Assembly: GCA_965215885.1 (NCBI GenBank) | Contig: CBDCEW010000085.1 | Coordinates: 1-64,000 of the forward strand | Origin: Candidatus Moanibacter sp. | Lineage (GTDB): Bacteria > Verrucomicrobiota > Verrucomicrobiia > Opitutales > UBA2987 | Length of the DNA: 64,000 bases | Reading direction: 5' to 3' | Shown here: positions 38,896-48,463 of the stretch, piece by piece | How the letters are laid out: every line of letters starts with the position of its first letter | How positions within the stretch are numbered: the first letter of the stretch is position 1 | The notes under the pieces: model-generated | What the model was told of the DNA's origin: nothing | Databases searched by the model: none | What the model saw: the letters and a program-made list of their open reading frames with translations, nothing else | Made by a program: the position numbers and the translations under genes

Positions 38896-41418
38896 AACTT
38901 CAGACCTCACTATATTGCCCCTCTAAAGGCACTATGCAATCGCAAGTTTAAATCCCGATTTTTTGCCCAGTCGGAAGATGATTCTTCGGCCTGAACCGTC
39001 GGGCATCAGTAAGGGCTTCTCATTGAGAGTTTGCAGATACTCAAGCACCACCGCCTGCACCCGAGGGGGATAAGTTGCGGTGGGGAATAAATGCGCTTCG
39101 ACCGCACAGCCCCTCTCTATAAGAACGCCGTCACTGTGAGTCAAATTGCGAAACAGATCGTGGTCGTCACGATAGTTGTTGTAGCGAGCTTTAAAGGGTT
39201 CGAGCTGCTTGTAGAAGCTGTTACGGGCGAAGATTTTCAAGGCATCCATGAGGGACTTGTTAGCGGTGTCCAGGCGGACATAGTTTTCATCAATGAGGCG
39301 CTGCAGCCTCGAGCATTCGGTGTCGATTTGCTCCAGTTCGAGTTGGAGGGCTTTGAGGGCCTGATCGAGTCGACGGATCTTTTCGCCCCTTGAGGCGCTT
39401 TTGCCCGGGTGGGCATGCTCGGCCAGGAGCAGTCTTTTCAATTCTTCGGTGCATTGCTGTTTTTGCTTCAGGAGGGCTTTGGCGGCACCGCTTTTCTCCT
39501 GCTTGTCCTCAAGGTGTTGGGCTAATCGCTTGTAGTGGACGGTGCGATAAGAGGTGATCTGATTAATCCCAAAGTGCTTATCGAGGTATTTGAAGTCATT
39601 CTCCTGAATCCAGCGACTGAACATCCCTTTGATTACCTCTTCATTTCGGGCCTGCTGATCGGTCGCCAGGATGCTCACGGTAATGGTTCGATTTTTTGGA
39701 TTGGTCGCCTCCACGATCCACTGCACCAGTTGAGGATTTTTCTTCCAGGGGCCCCGCTGATAGCGAAGATGATACTCCTGGAGATCTTCGGCATGGTTGC
39801 GCGCGCGCTGCAGGCGCAACTGCCCGTCGATCCGTTGGAGGGGCTGGGCGCTGGCCTTGTAACCTTTTTCCCAGGTAATGATTTCGAGTTGAGGATGCTC
39901 CACGATGGCTTCGTAAAACCACTCCGCGGCGATCGCCCGGTCCACGTAAATGCTCACCTTCTTATCAGCCGGCAACTGCACCAGCTCGAGCATCGCTTCG
40001 CAGTTGGGGATAAACCGTTCCCTTATATCCTCATAGTTGTCGGTACTCGCAAAATAGATCGGATAGCCCTTGAGGGTATGAATAAAATCGCTGTGGAGCG
40101 CTTTGTCGGCCAGACGGATACCCGGACACCATCCCGCCAGCACCTTGCTCATTCCGGTGTAATGTTTGGTGTGCGGATCATAATAAAAGCTCTCTTCATC
40201 CGAAGCATTCAGGCCCCTCGCGTTCACTCTGAGGATCTCTCTTAAAAGCCCTTCATCGGCCAGGGCGCTAAGGCTTTGGCGTTGCAGATAGGGGGTATAC
40301 AGGACTCGCCCGATGAGTTTTTGCAGGTCTTCGAGATCGAGCAGTTTGCTCTGCTCGATATTGACCGCGGCCAACAACCCGCAAGCCACCCATTGTTTCA
40401 AAAGCCAGCCCTCTTCGCGATCAATCTGAGCGACTTCTCTGAGCGCGGCACTGAACAGAAGTACTCCCAGGTGCCGATACCATTGCACCGCTTCGGAGCT
40501 CTCCCTCGAAAAATCGGGAGACCCCTTGCGATTGTCCCCTTCGCTTTCGGGGCTATTTTCTGCTTCTTGCTCCTGTTCGTCCCTCCCCGAGTCCTCCGGG
40601 CAATCCCAGGGAGTCTCCCGATTTTGCGCCCTCTCGGCTTCGGCCTCCTTTGCCCGGGCCTCTTTAAGCTCCTTAAAGACAGGGCGCAAAGTTTCCCCAC
40701 TGAGGTTAACTCCGAACACCTCCTCGATCTCCCCCCGTATCTTCTTGCTGTAGCCATACCGACTCTCCCCATAGATCTGCCCGAAGCGCACCCGCACAAA
40801 ACTCCGGATTTCCCTCGTCAATTTGCGATGAGCGCTGCGTCCCGCCAGCACTCGCGCTAAGGTCTCGGCATCTCCGCTTTGAAGCGCCTCCCCCCACCGC
40901 TTCATCGTTTTGGGGTCAACCTCAAATTGCTTCTCTAAGCGCCCTTTCTTCAACCCCGCATTGTAGAGGCGCCCCACCAATAGCTTGAATTCAACTTGCT
41001 CCCGATCGTCCTCTACGACTTCAAAAAGCTCATGCCCGTAATAGACGTGCAGTTTGCCTTCGCTCAGATCCCGATAGACCGTGATCGAGGGATTACCCTT
41101 GTCCACTCCAAGGATGCACTGTAAGAAGGTCTCTTCTTTGACGGTAGGTTTCTCCATTTTTCTTCGAATTTGATGGTTCGAAGATGAAGCCTACCGTCAC
41201 ATTCTGTTTTCTTTAGCTCTTAAAGATCCTCGGGGCAAGCCCCGAGGCATTTGATATTAGACTTTATGAATTAGAAACGAAGCAAGCTTCGGGGAATTAA
41301 ACCCGCTCACCCGGTAATAGCGATGCCGATCCGCCTTCACCGCAGCGATTAAAAGCCGGGAATTGTATCTGCGATTGCCCCCTGCCCGCCAACCCGCATG
41401 ATAGCGAGTTCTGAAATT
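38896..41418 (-). mobile_element. Putative IS element with imperfect 18-bp TIRs
   Basis: AACTTCAGACCTCACTAT (38896-38913) versus ATAGCGAGTTCTGAAATT (41401-41418), 15/18 inverted match, flanking the transposase. Confidence 0.6.
38932..41157 (-). CDS. Putative large DDE-type transposase (741 aa)
   Basis: N-terminal HTH-like region, YYDPH..HYTG, VDRA, ITW, MFSRWIQENDFKY (D-D-E like), then coiled coil. Confidence 0.8.
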   Translation of the reverse strand: MEKPTVKEETFLQCILGVDKGNPSITVYRDLSEGKLHVYYGHELFEVVEDDREQVEFKLLVGRLYNAGLKKGRLEKQFEVDPKTMKRWGEALQSGDAETLARVLAGRSAHRKLTREIRSFVRVRFGQIYGESRYGYSKKIRGEIEEVFGVNLSGETLRPVFKELKEARAKEAEAERAQNRETPWDCPEDSGRDEQEQEAENSPESEGDNRKGSPDFSRESSEAVQWYRHLGVLLFSAALREVAQIDREEGWLLKQWVACGLLAAVNIEQSKLLDLEDLQKLIGRVLYTPYLQRQSLSALADEGLLREILRVNARGLNASDEESFYYDPHTKHYTGMSKVLAGWCPGIRLADKALHSDFIHTLKGYPIYFASTDNYEDIRERFIPNCEAMLELVQLPADKKVSIYVDRAIAAEWFYEAIVEHPQLEIITWEKGYKASAQPLQRIDGQLRLQRARNHAEDLQEYHLRYQRGPWKKNPQLVQWIVEATNPKNRTITVSILATDQQARNEEVIKGMFSRWIQENDFKYLDKHFGINQITSYRTVHYKRLAQHLEDKQEKSGAAKALLKQKQQCTEELKRLLLAEHAHPGKSASRGEKIRRLDQALKALQLELEQIDTECSRLQRLIDENYVRLDTANKSLMDALKIFARNSFYKQLEPFKARYNNYRDDHDLFRNLTHSDGVLIERGCAVEAHLFPTATYPPRVQAVVLEYLQTLNEKPLLMPDGSGRRIIFRLGKKSGFKLAIA

Positions 41419-41567
41419 CACTGCCGTACGTCAGGAAAGTTTCACATTAGTCGCGCCCCCGGCCACGCTGGCGCTTGCCGGATCAAACGGGTGTGAAACT
41501 TTCGGCCGTGTCTCCCGCCACTCGAGACCTCCTCCTCGTTCTCGATTCCTCGCTCCTCTCAGATGCT

Positions 41568-41703
41568 CAAAATACAAAGTTGACGCTCGATCAAAGTGAA
41601 TCGGAGAGTGGTACGAGTGATTTCTCGGATAGATCGTTCGATAAAGATCGCTGCGCTCCGAGGACGAGGACGATATCTAATCCGCCAACTGGCAATTTTC
41701 CCA
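41568..41703. repeat. Dispersed repeat of about 135 bp, copy at 52498-52633
   Basis: CAAAGTTGA..CTCGATCAAAGTGAATCGGAGAGTGG..GATCGTTCGATAAAGATCGCT..GAGGACGAGGACGA..TCCGCCAACT. Confidence 0.9.
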
Positions 41704-41759
41704 CTCGAAAACACCTAGAATTATGGCCCGAAAACCCCCATCTACATTGAAGTCTCGAG

Positions 41760-42878
41760 TCAGCGGGACTCTACGACCGGTGCTGGGACCACTCCCTCCT
41801 CGACTCTTGTCCGTCGAATTAGAATCCGCGAAACCAAAACCGTTAATAACAATCCAACTGCGAGAACACCCACTGGCTCCAAGCTGCTGTGAGACCAAAT
41901 ATAACCCGGAGTCGCCTTAACCACAATCCCCCAATCGTGACCTGCGTGGGCGACCTTCTCTTTAATACTCAACCCTTTCAGGGCAGCAGCCGCTTCCCCA
42001 AATGAAGCAAATGATACCCGCGGCTCCCATTCTATAACCTCGACAAAGAGAAACGGCTGTTTATTCCTGTCCATCAAGTCGTAAAACCATAACTGAATAT
42101 CATCCAGGGCGACAAACTCCAGCGCCGACAGAACCATGTCTCCAGATCGATACGCACCTTCCAGATAGCCCAACAGTTGCTCTTGGCGCTGTTCTTTCGT
42201 ATGGGGTGTAGAGCCGCCCGAATAGATGGGAGTGAGCAGTGTGTAGGAATTCTGCAAGCCCGCCTCCTGTTTGAGACGGAATGGCAGGGAGATAACTACC
42301 TCCCCGGAATCGCGAGCTCTCTCCAAAGCGTTGTGCTGCCTCTCATTCGAGCTGATATCCAATCCGAGGGCGGATCTGTTTCCTTCGATCGGTTCGGTAA
42401 AGAGAATGGGAAAATACTCTTTGCGAAGGGCCGCCCGGCTGTGGGTTCGTATACGTCCCTCATCGAGGAACTGAAAATCTGGAGAGTACTCTCTTCGCCC
42501 GAATGCTTCCCAACTTTCGCGCTCTTCGTGGCTAATCCGTGGCACCCAATTCATAGCTGCCAATCCCGTATTGGCTTTTACGATCGGACCTGCAACTTCC
42601 TTGAACACCTCACGACCAAAAGGAAGGCTCTGCCCCAAAAGTACAGCTGCCGTTTCAAGTTCCCTTACATTATTTCTAGCGGCCTCTCCAAGCGCCACCA
42701 CTACCACTGCCGCTGTGCCTTCGAACTCATCACGGATCTTCAAATACTCTCTGCCCCACAAGACTGCGAAGGCGACTATAGACAGGCCTAACCCTACACA
42801 TCCGCACGAGCAGATGCAAAAGATACACTTCTTGCTTCGCCCCTTCTTCGGTCCCGTCTCTTCAGTTTCACTACTCAT
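41760..42878 (-). CDS. CHASE-domain membrane protein without output domain
   Basis: TM-[W.PRI...ER, YFPILFTEP...N.SALGLD...ALERARDSG....S.PFRL.QE]-TM with a short tail. Confidence 0.85.
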   Translation of the reverse strand: MSSETEETGPKKGRSKKCIFCICSCGCVGLGLSIVAFAVLWGREYLKIRDEFEGTAAVVVVALGEAARNNVRELETAAVLLGQSLPFGREVFKEVAGPIVKANTGLAAMNWVPRISHEERESWEAFGRREYSPDFQFLDEGRIRTHSRAALRKEYFPILFTEPIEGNRSALGLDISSNERQHNALERARDSGEVVISLPFRLKQEAGLQNSYTLLTPIYSGGSTPHTKEQRQEQLLGYLEGAYRSGDMVLSALEFVALDDIQLWFYDLMDRNKQPFLFVEVIEWEPRVSFASFGEAAAALKGLSIKEKVAHAGHDWGIVVKATPGYIWSHSSLEPVGVLAVGLLLTVLVSRILIRRTRVEEGVVPAPVVESR

Positions 42879-42943
42879 TAGTCCGCTTTCCCCACGAATA
42901 TTCGAAGCTCTTTGAACAACAGAACGGTTCTACCTTCGCCATA

Positions 42944-44968
42944 TTAACGAAACCGTTTCAGAAAAGCATCCATCATGGTATAGAGCTCTATCTGGTTTTC
43001 AACCTTGCGAAAACCATGTCCTTCGTCTTTTTTCACCAACCAGACAAAATCCTTTCCCCTCTTTCTCAGCTCCCGGCGGAGCACCTTCGCATGATCGATG
43101 GGGACTCGCGGATCTTGACTGCCGTGTACGATGAATATCGGTGCTTGGATCCTCTCGATGTAATTAATGGGAGAGAAGCGCGCCAGGAGATCCCTGTCAT
43201 TTTCGGGATGTCCAATCGTTCGGCAATAAAAACCGTAGACCATCTCCTGTTTCCATTTTCTCCTCCAGTTGATCAGCTCTATGAGATCGACTGGGCCAAA
43301 TGCGCTGATACCAAACTTATAGATCTCCGGGAATTTCGTAAGCTGCGCTAATGCGGCATACCCGCCGTAGCTGGATCCATAGATCCCAATAGAATTTGGG
43401 TCGGCGATTCCTCGTTCCGTTGCCCATTTCACTCCATCGACAAGATCAGTCTGCATATTCGAGCCCCATAGTTTGTCACCGGCATGGAGGAAAGCCCACC
43501 CATATCCCAACGATGAACGGAAATCTATCTGAAGGACGGCAAATCCCCGATTGGCGAGAAACTGCACCACGGGATTATATCCCCATGAATCACGCACCCA
43601 CGGGCCTCCATGCGGGTGAACAATAAGCGGTAGGTTGCGGGGTTCCTGATCTGTTGGAAGGGTTAGATAGCCATGCAAGGGTGTTCCATCTCGAGCTTCA
43701 AAGCGGATCGGCCTCATCTCTCCCAGCATGGAGGTCTCGATGACCCGGTTGTCGGCGAGAATCTCCAGATTCAACTCACCCTTATCGATACTGAGTAATG
43801 AATAAACCACGGGGTGGCGATCGGAGTAGCTCGCTACCACCATTTTTGTATGATCATCACTCGTGTTTACGACTCGACTGTGGAACCCTGGAAACTTCCT
43901 CTCCAGATACGCCTGAATAATCCGCTTCTCCTCATCAAACCAGAAGACTTCGGGCTTTTCGGTTTCGTAATATACACCAAGTGGTCTCTCCAAAAAGTCC
44001 GATAGTTGGAGGTCGACGACATCATGTGAGGGAGTCTGGAAAAGCATTCGCCCCATCTCTTTCGCTTGCGGGTCAAATTCGAAAATTGCCGATACCGTTC
44101 GCCCGATTTCGCTCGCCACATACAGTTTCAAGTGATCATAGCTGAACGGTTGGGGAGGAGGGACCAGGATCGGCATCTGGTCAAATTCGGGAGGTCCAAC
44201 CGGGCGCCACTTCGCCTTTCCAAAAGGGAAATAGGCAATTTCACCCCAATCCTTCTTCCCTTTCTCGCGAAAATAATACGTCACTCCACCATCATGATCC
44301 CTCGCCTCGCCCAAACGAACTTCGCCATCCTGATCTGTGCGCCACCCCGTAAAATTGCCCGGATTTCTAACCGCTAAACGTCTCACGCCATTGTTGATAT
44401 TCATCCGATACACATCGGGATAATCGACCCGCCTCTCGTTATTCAGAATTAAGATCTCATCGGGATGGTCTCTGAGCAGATCCAGCGGTCGCGAGTAGCG
44501 AAATACAAAGCTACCGGTGCTTCCCAGAGGTGGAACGAGTGTTCGAAGATTCGAGCCATCACGATTAACGGCGAAAAGTCCCCATGACTCATTGCCATTC
44601 TGATCCATGGTAAACAATATCCGTTCTTTGCTCGCCCACAGATAGTGGTTTATGGTCTGGTCGGTTGTCGCCGTTATCCGGGTGGAAGTGCCCAACTTCA
44701 GGTCGATGACGTAGAGATTCATTCCGTCCTTCCAACTCCCGAGGGCCGAAAGATATTCTCCACTCGGGGAAATCCGAAACCGGGTAAACCCAGGACTGCG
44801 GAAAAAAGACTCCACCGGTATCTCTTCCGCCTGTGCCACAAGAGCGGCGACCAAACCAATCAGAAAAAAGAGAGCTCGGAGGATTCTTATTACTCCAATT
44901 TGCAAATACGATGAGGTGTGTGGGAGCGAGTCGTGCACGGTCGACCGCAGGTCACGATTGAGAGTCAC
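42944..44968 (-). CDS. Secreted S9 family (prolyl oligopeptidase/DAP-like) peptidase
   Basis: PHGGPW, GSSYGG, QDPRV, EGHGF triad; signal peptide; true start probably downstream. Confidence 0.93.
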   Translation of the reverse strand: MTLNRDLRSTVHDSLPHTSSYLQIGVIRILRALFFLIGLVAALVAQAEEIPVESFFRSPGFTRFRISPSGEYLSALGSWKDGMNLYVIDLKLGTSTRITATTDQTINHYLWASKERILFTMDQNGNESWGLFAVNRDGSNLRTLVPPLGSTGSFVFRYSRPLDLLRDHPDEILILNNERRVDYPDVYRMNINNGVRRLAVRNPGNFTGWRTDQDGEVRLGEARDHDGGVTYYFREKGKKDWGEIAYFPFGKAKWRPVGPPEFDQMPILVPPPQPFSYDHLKLYVASEIGRTVSAIFEFDPQAKEMGRMLFQTPSHDVVDLQLSDFLERPLGVYYETEKPEVFWFDEEKRIIQAYLERKFPGFHSRVVNTSDDHTKMVVASYSDRHPVVYSLLSIDKGELNLEILADNRVIETSMLGEMRPIRFEARDGTPLHGYLTLPTDQEPRNLPLIVHPHGGPWVRDSWGYNPVVQFLANRGFAVLQIDFRSSLGYGWAFLHAGDKLWGSNMQTDLVDGVKWATERGIADPNSIGIYGSSYGGYAALAQLTKFPEIYKFGISAFGPVDLIELINWRRKWKQEMVYGFYCRTIGHPENDRDLLARFSPINYIERIQAPIFIVHGSQDPRVPIDHAKVLRRELRKRGKDFVWLVKKDEGHGFRKVENQIELYTMMDAFLKRFR

Positions 44969-45057
44969 GATTAAAAGAGAGTAACCCCATGAAAACTTCC
45001 CGTCGTGATCATAATCGTAATCTGAATTCGAAAGAGGTGCATCTACATGCTGGCGGG

Positions 45058-47877
45058 CTAAAACGTCCTCTTCAGTGAAACCGTAACCGTTCTTCCGTAC
45101 GGATTATAGGCGCCGAGATTAGTATCGTAGCCTTCCTCCTCCGTCACATTGGCGGGAGGATCGCGGTCGGTCAGATTCTTGATGCCGAATATTACCTCGG
45201 TATCAAAAAGGCCAGCATAGGTCAGCTGCAGGTCGAAAACGGTATGACTGTTCACCCTGGGCACCCCGACAAATTCAGTCTTATACCCGGAGGTATAACG
45301 CGACACCAGGGCAAGGCGAAGATTACGGTTGCTGCTGGACCATCGAAACGTGCTGTAGGCTTGATATCGAGGGAGACCGATAAACCCGACGAGATTGAAA
45401 CCCCCCGTAACGTAACGATCGACGTATACGGAATAATGTCGAATCCAGAAATCCCCAAACGTCTCCGTCTTGAAGCGGTAAAATATCTCGAAATCCAGCC
45501 CCTCCAGTGTGACCCCTTCAAAATTCCTGAATTCACTCACAACATAATCGATCTTTCCGGGAATAATAAATGTGATCTGCGGTGTTTCCGGACGCACCCA
45601 GGGCCCATTCGGGTCGCGAAACACACCCGTCATCGCTCCCCGGGTCTCACGGTCCAAGAGGAAAAGGTAGTTGACTGGATCCTCAAAGTAGAAGTCCTCT
45701 TCCGCTGACAATAGTGAAGGGATAGACCGCGTCGCGATCACATTGTCGATTTCCAGCCGCCAGACGTCGAACCCGATTGCCAGATCCTCCAGGAACTTGG
45801 GACTGTAGACTATTCCCGCGTTGAAATACCTGGAGCCTTCCGGCCTGAGGTCCGGATTTCCCTGACGGCGTACTTCGCGGGATCGAAAATCGTCAAAGGG
45901 CCAGGGCGTCCCCTCATCGAAGACACCGAATGTAAAGTTTGTGCGGAGAAAATCTCGCTCCTGCACGAAGCCGCGGGTGATGCCGCCGAAGGCCTGTTCG
46001 AGAGACGGTGCTCGAAACGCTTCGGAGTAGGACGCGCGCAGCAGCACACTGGGAAACGGGCGCATTTTTATTCCTACCTTGGGATTTACGGTGTCGCCAA
46101 AATCGCTGTATTCCTCCCAGCGCGCCGCGAAATGGCCTTCGAGGAACTTGTGAAGGGGAATAATCATCTCTCCATAAAGGCCATATACGTTGCGGCTGCC
46201 TTCCGCCGACGTCCCTCCCGATCCGAATAATAGGAAATTCCCAGCCAATTCCGACTGCAATCGATTCATTGATTCATCGCGAAACTCTACACCGAAATGA
46301 CCGATCGCAGGGCCGGCCGGCAGACTGAACAACTCCTTGCTCATCCCGGCATTGATCTGAAAGAATTCACGATTGCCCGAACGCACATCGTCGGTCGTGA
46401 TCCGGTTGTAAATGGCGGCGTTATTGTCCTCACCGGGAGCCGAGGCGAAGGGATTCAAGGCATCCGCTCCAGTGGCATTGAGAGCTTCTTGAAAGAGATC
46501 GACCCGGATGAGGTTTTTCGTGACCTCCTTTACCACACTTTTTCCGTAGAGTAAAGATAGCTCCCATTGGGCTCCACCCCATTCCCCCTTCAGTCCCGCC
46601 ACTAGTCGAATCAGCTCCGAATCGGTCTCATTCTTTCGTGGGCCCGGATCGAGCGGCCGCAACAGGGAGTCCGTAATGTCCAGTCCACCGGGGGGGACAA
46701 GCGGGCCACTGAAGAAGTTGTCGAATGAAGGGGTAGGATTGAACGGATTGGACGCGGGGATAATGTAACCGCGGTTCAGTGGAGCAGAGGCCAGCTGGTA
46801 GTTCGCGGCGTTGTCCTGGTAACTGAATTCCCCGAAAAATTCCAGTGAGTTGTTGATTTCGTAGCTTCCTAAAAAGCTAATCCCGTAGCGTTCCGCTCCA
46901 CTCACCAGGGTGGCCTCGGTGTTATAGTTGAACCGCTCAAAACCTTCCATATCTTCCGTAGAACCGTCCCCAAAAAAAACGAATAAGTGATTCTCAAGCC
47001 GGGTGAAATCAGCCGGATTTCGTCGCAACCCGAGAAACTCAAAAAACCCGGGATAGCTGTCCCACCCCAGAAGGTTAAACCCGCCTTTATCCGACTGATC
47101 CGGACTGGCCGAGAAGGACCGGTCGCGCCGCATCAAAGGATCTCTCTGATAGTAGTTCACGTGTATTATGATGCTCGACCGCTCAGTTGTCTTGCCCCAG
47201 GTAACGTCTGTTCCCCAGATTGCGACATCATCTTCCCGTGTCGTACCTTCATAATAGACCCTTATCTCCCCTTCTTCGTAATCCTTTCGTAAGATGAAGT
47301 TAATCACCCCGGAGAGCGCATCGGACCCGTATATGGCCGACCCTCCATCTTTCAGAATCTCGATCCTTTCAATCGCGCCCACCGGGATTGCGTTCAAATC
47401 GACGAAGTTTTCTCCTCGCGCCGTCGAAAAAGCGTAGGGCACCATACGGCGACCGTTCAACAGCACCAAAGTCCCTGCTACCCCGGTTCCCCTCAGATTC
47501 GCCTGCGCCCCATCTCCCGCAAAGGAACCGATCTGCCCTGATTCCGACGCTCCTGAAGTAATCGGCAACTGCCCGATCAACTCCGAGAGCTGAGTGACTC
47601 CACTCTCTTCGATCTGCCGCCGATCCAGGGCGATTATCGGCACCTCGTTTTCGAGATCGATCTCCTTGATTCGCGTCCCCGTCACAACAAATCGCTCAAA
47701 TTCTTCGAGCTCATCCTCCTTGTCCTCCACCTCGACCTTCTCTTCGGCCGTCGGGGCCTGCTTCTCCCTCTCCTCATCCGCCCCGGCAATCGGGATGGCC
47801 AATGCCCACACCCAAAAAGACAGGGGCATCCATCGGTGCGGCAGCAGGGCGATTCTTCGATACACGCGTCGGGACAT
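45058..47877 (-). CDS. TonB-dependent receptor
   Basis: VVTGTRI TonB box, NLRG...TLVLLNGRR, IERIEILKDGGSAIYGSDA.SGVINFI, C-terminal Phe. Confidence 0.95.
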   Translation of the reverse strand: MSRRVYRRIALLPHRWMPLSFWVWALAIPIAGADEEREKQAPTAEEKVEVEDKEDELEEFERFVVTGTRIKEIDLENEVPIIALDRRQIEESGVTQLSELIGQLPITSGASESGQIGSFAGDGAQANLRGTGVAGTLVLLNGRRMVPYAFSTARGENFVDLNAIPVGAIERIEILKDGGSAIYGSDALSGVINFILRKDYEEGEIRVYYEGTTREDDVAIWGTDVTWGKTTERSSIIIHVNYYQRDPLMRRDRSFSASPDQSDKGGFNLLGWDSYPGFFEFLGLRRNPADFTRLENHLFVFFGDGSTEDMEGFERFNYNTEATLVSGAERYGISFLGSYEINNSLEFFGEFSYQDNAANYQLASAPLNRGYIIPASNPFNPTPSFDNFFSGPLVPPGGLDITDSLLRPLDPGPRKNETDSELIRLVAGLKGEWGGAQWELSLLYGKSVVKEVTKNLIRVDLFQEALNATGADALNPFASAPGEDNNAAIYNRITTDDVRSGNREFFQINAGMSKELFSLPAGPAIGHFGVEFRDESMNRLQSELAGNFLLFGSGGTSAEGSRNVYGLYGEMIIPLHKFLEGHFAARWEEYSDFGDTVNPKVGIKMRPFPSVLLRASYSEAFRAPSLEQAFGGITRGFVQERDFLRTNFTFGVFDEGTPWPFDDFRSREVRRQGNPDLRPEGSRYFNAGIVYSPKFLEDLAIGFDVWRLEIDNVIATRSIPSLLSAEEDFYFEDPVNYLFLLDRETRGAMTGVFRDPNGPWVRPETPQITFIIPGKIDYVVSEFRNFEGVTLEGLDFEIFYRFKTETFGDFWIRHYSVYVDRYVTGGFNLVGFIGLPRYQAYSTFRWSSSNRNLRLALVSRYTSGYKTEFVGVPRVNSHTVFDLQLTYAGLFDTEVIFGIKNLTDRDPPANVTEEEGYDTNLGAYNPYGRTVTVSLKRTF

Positions 47878-48463
47878 CGGAGTTCGGTATCTTATCCACT
47901 CACGCTACAACACCCTTGCCGGCATGACCACTCTAAAATGTCCCCTAGAAAATTCCGGTGCCTGCGACATTGTCGATTCTCCGATCTCTTATCCGCCCCT
48001 GTCACGGCCCATTTCCACCCTTGCCGAACGCTTATGAACCCAACCGCCCATTTATTAGGGACAGGTAATTTATCTGATTCCGCTCCGGCGGATCTCAAAT
48101 GCGGAAATTCTCGGCAGATCCCTATTCTATCGCACATTTGCCAGCTTCACAGTCCCGAATTCTCCACAATCAGCCCCCAGGAATTCCAATGGTAGTCTGC
48201 GTTTATGCCCTCTTATTCTTATAAACTACTTATTCATATCTCCCATCTCAAACTTCTACCATCTGCTAGGTATAAATAGCCTGTCCCTTATTCTGACCCC
48301 AGAACATCCAGTGATACACTGCATCAACACCCCTTAAATTCATAGATTGCTTATTCATAGCTCCTAATTCGATTTTTCGCCTGCGAATCGGTATAGATTG
48401 CCTGTCCCTTATTCTGATCTCCGCACTTGCGCTGAGGGCGGTGAAGTTTACCTTTACTCGGCG

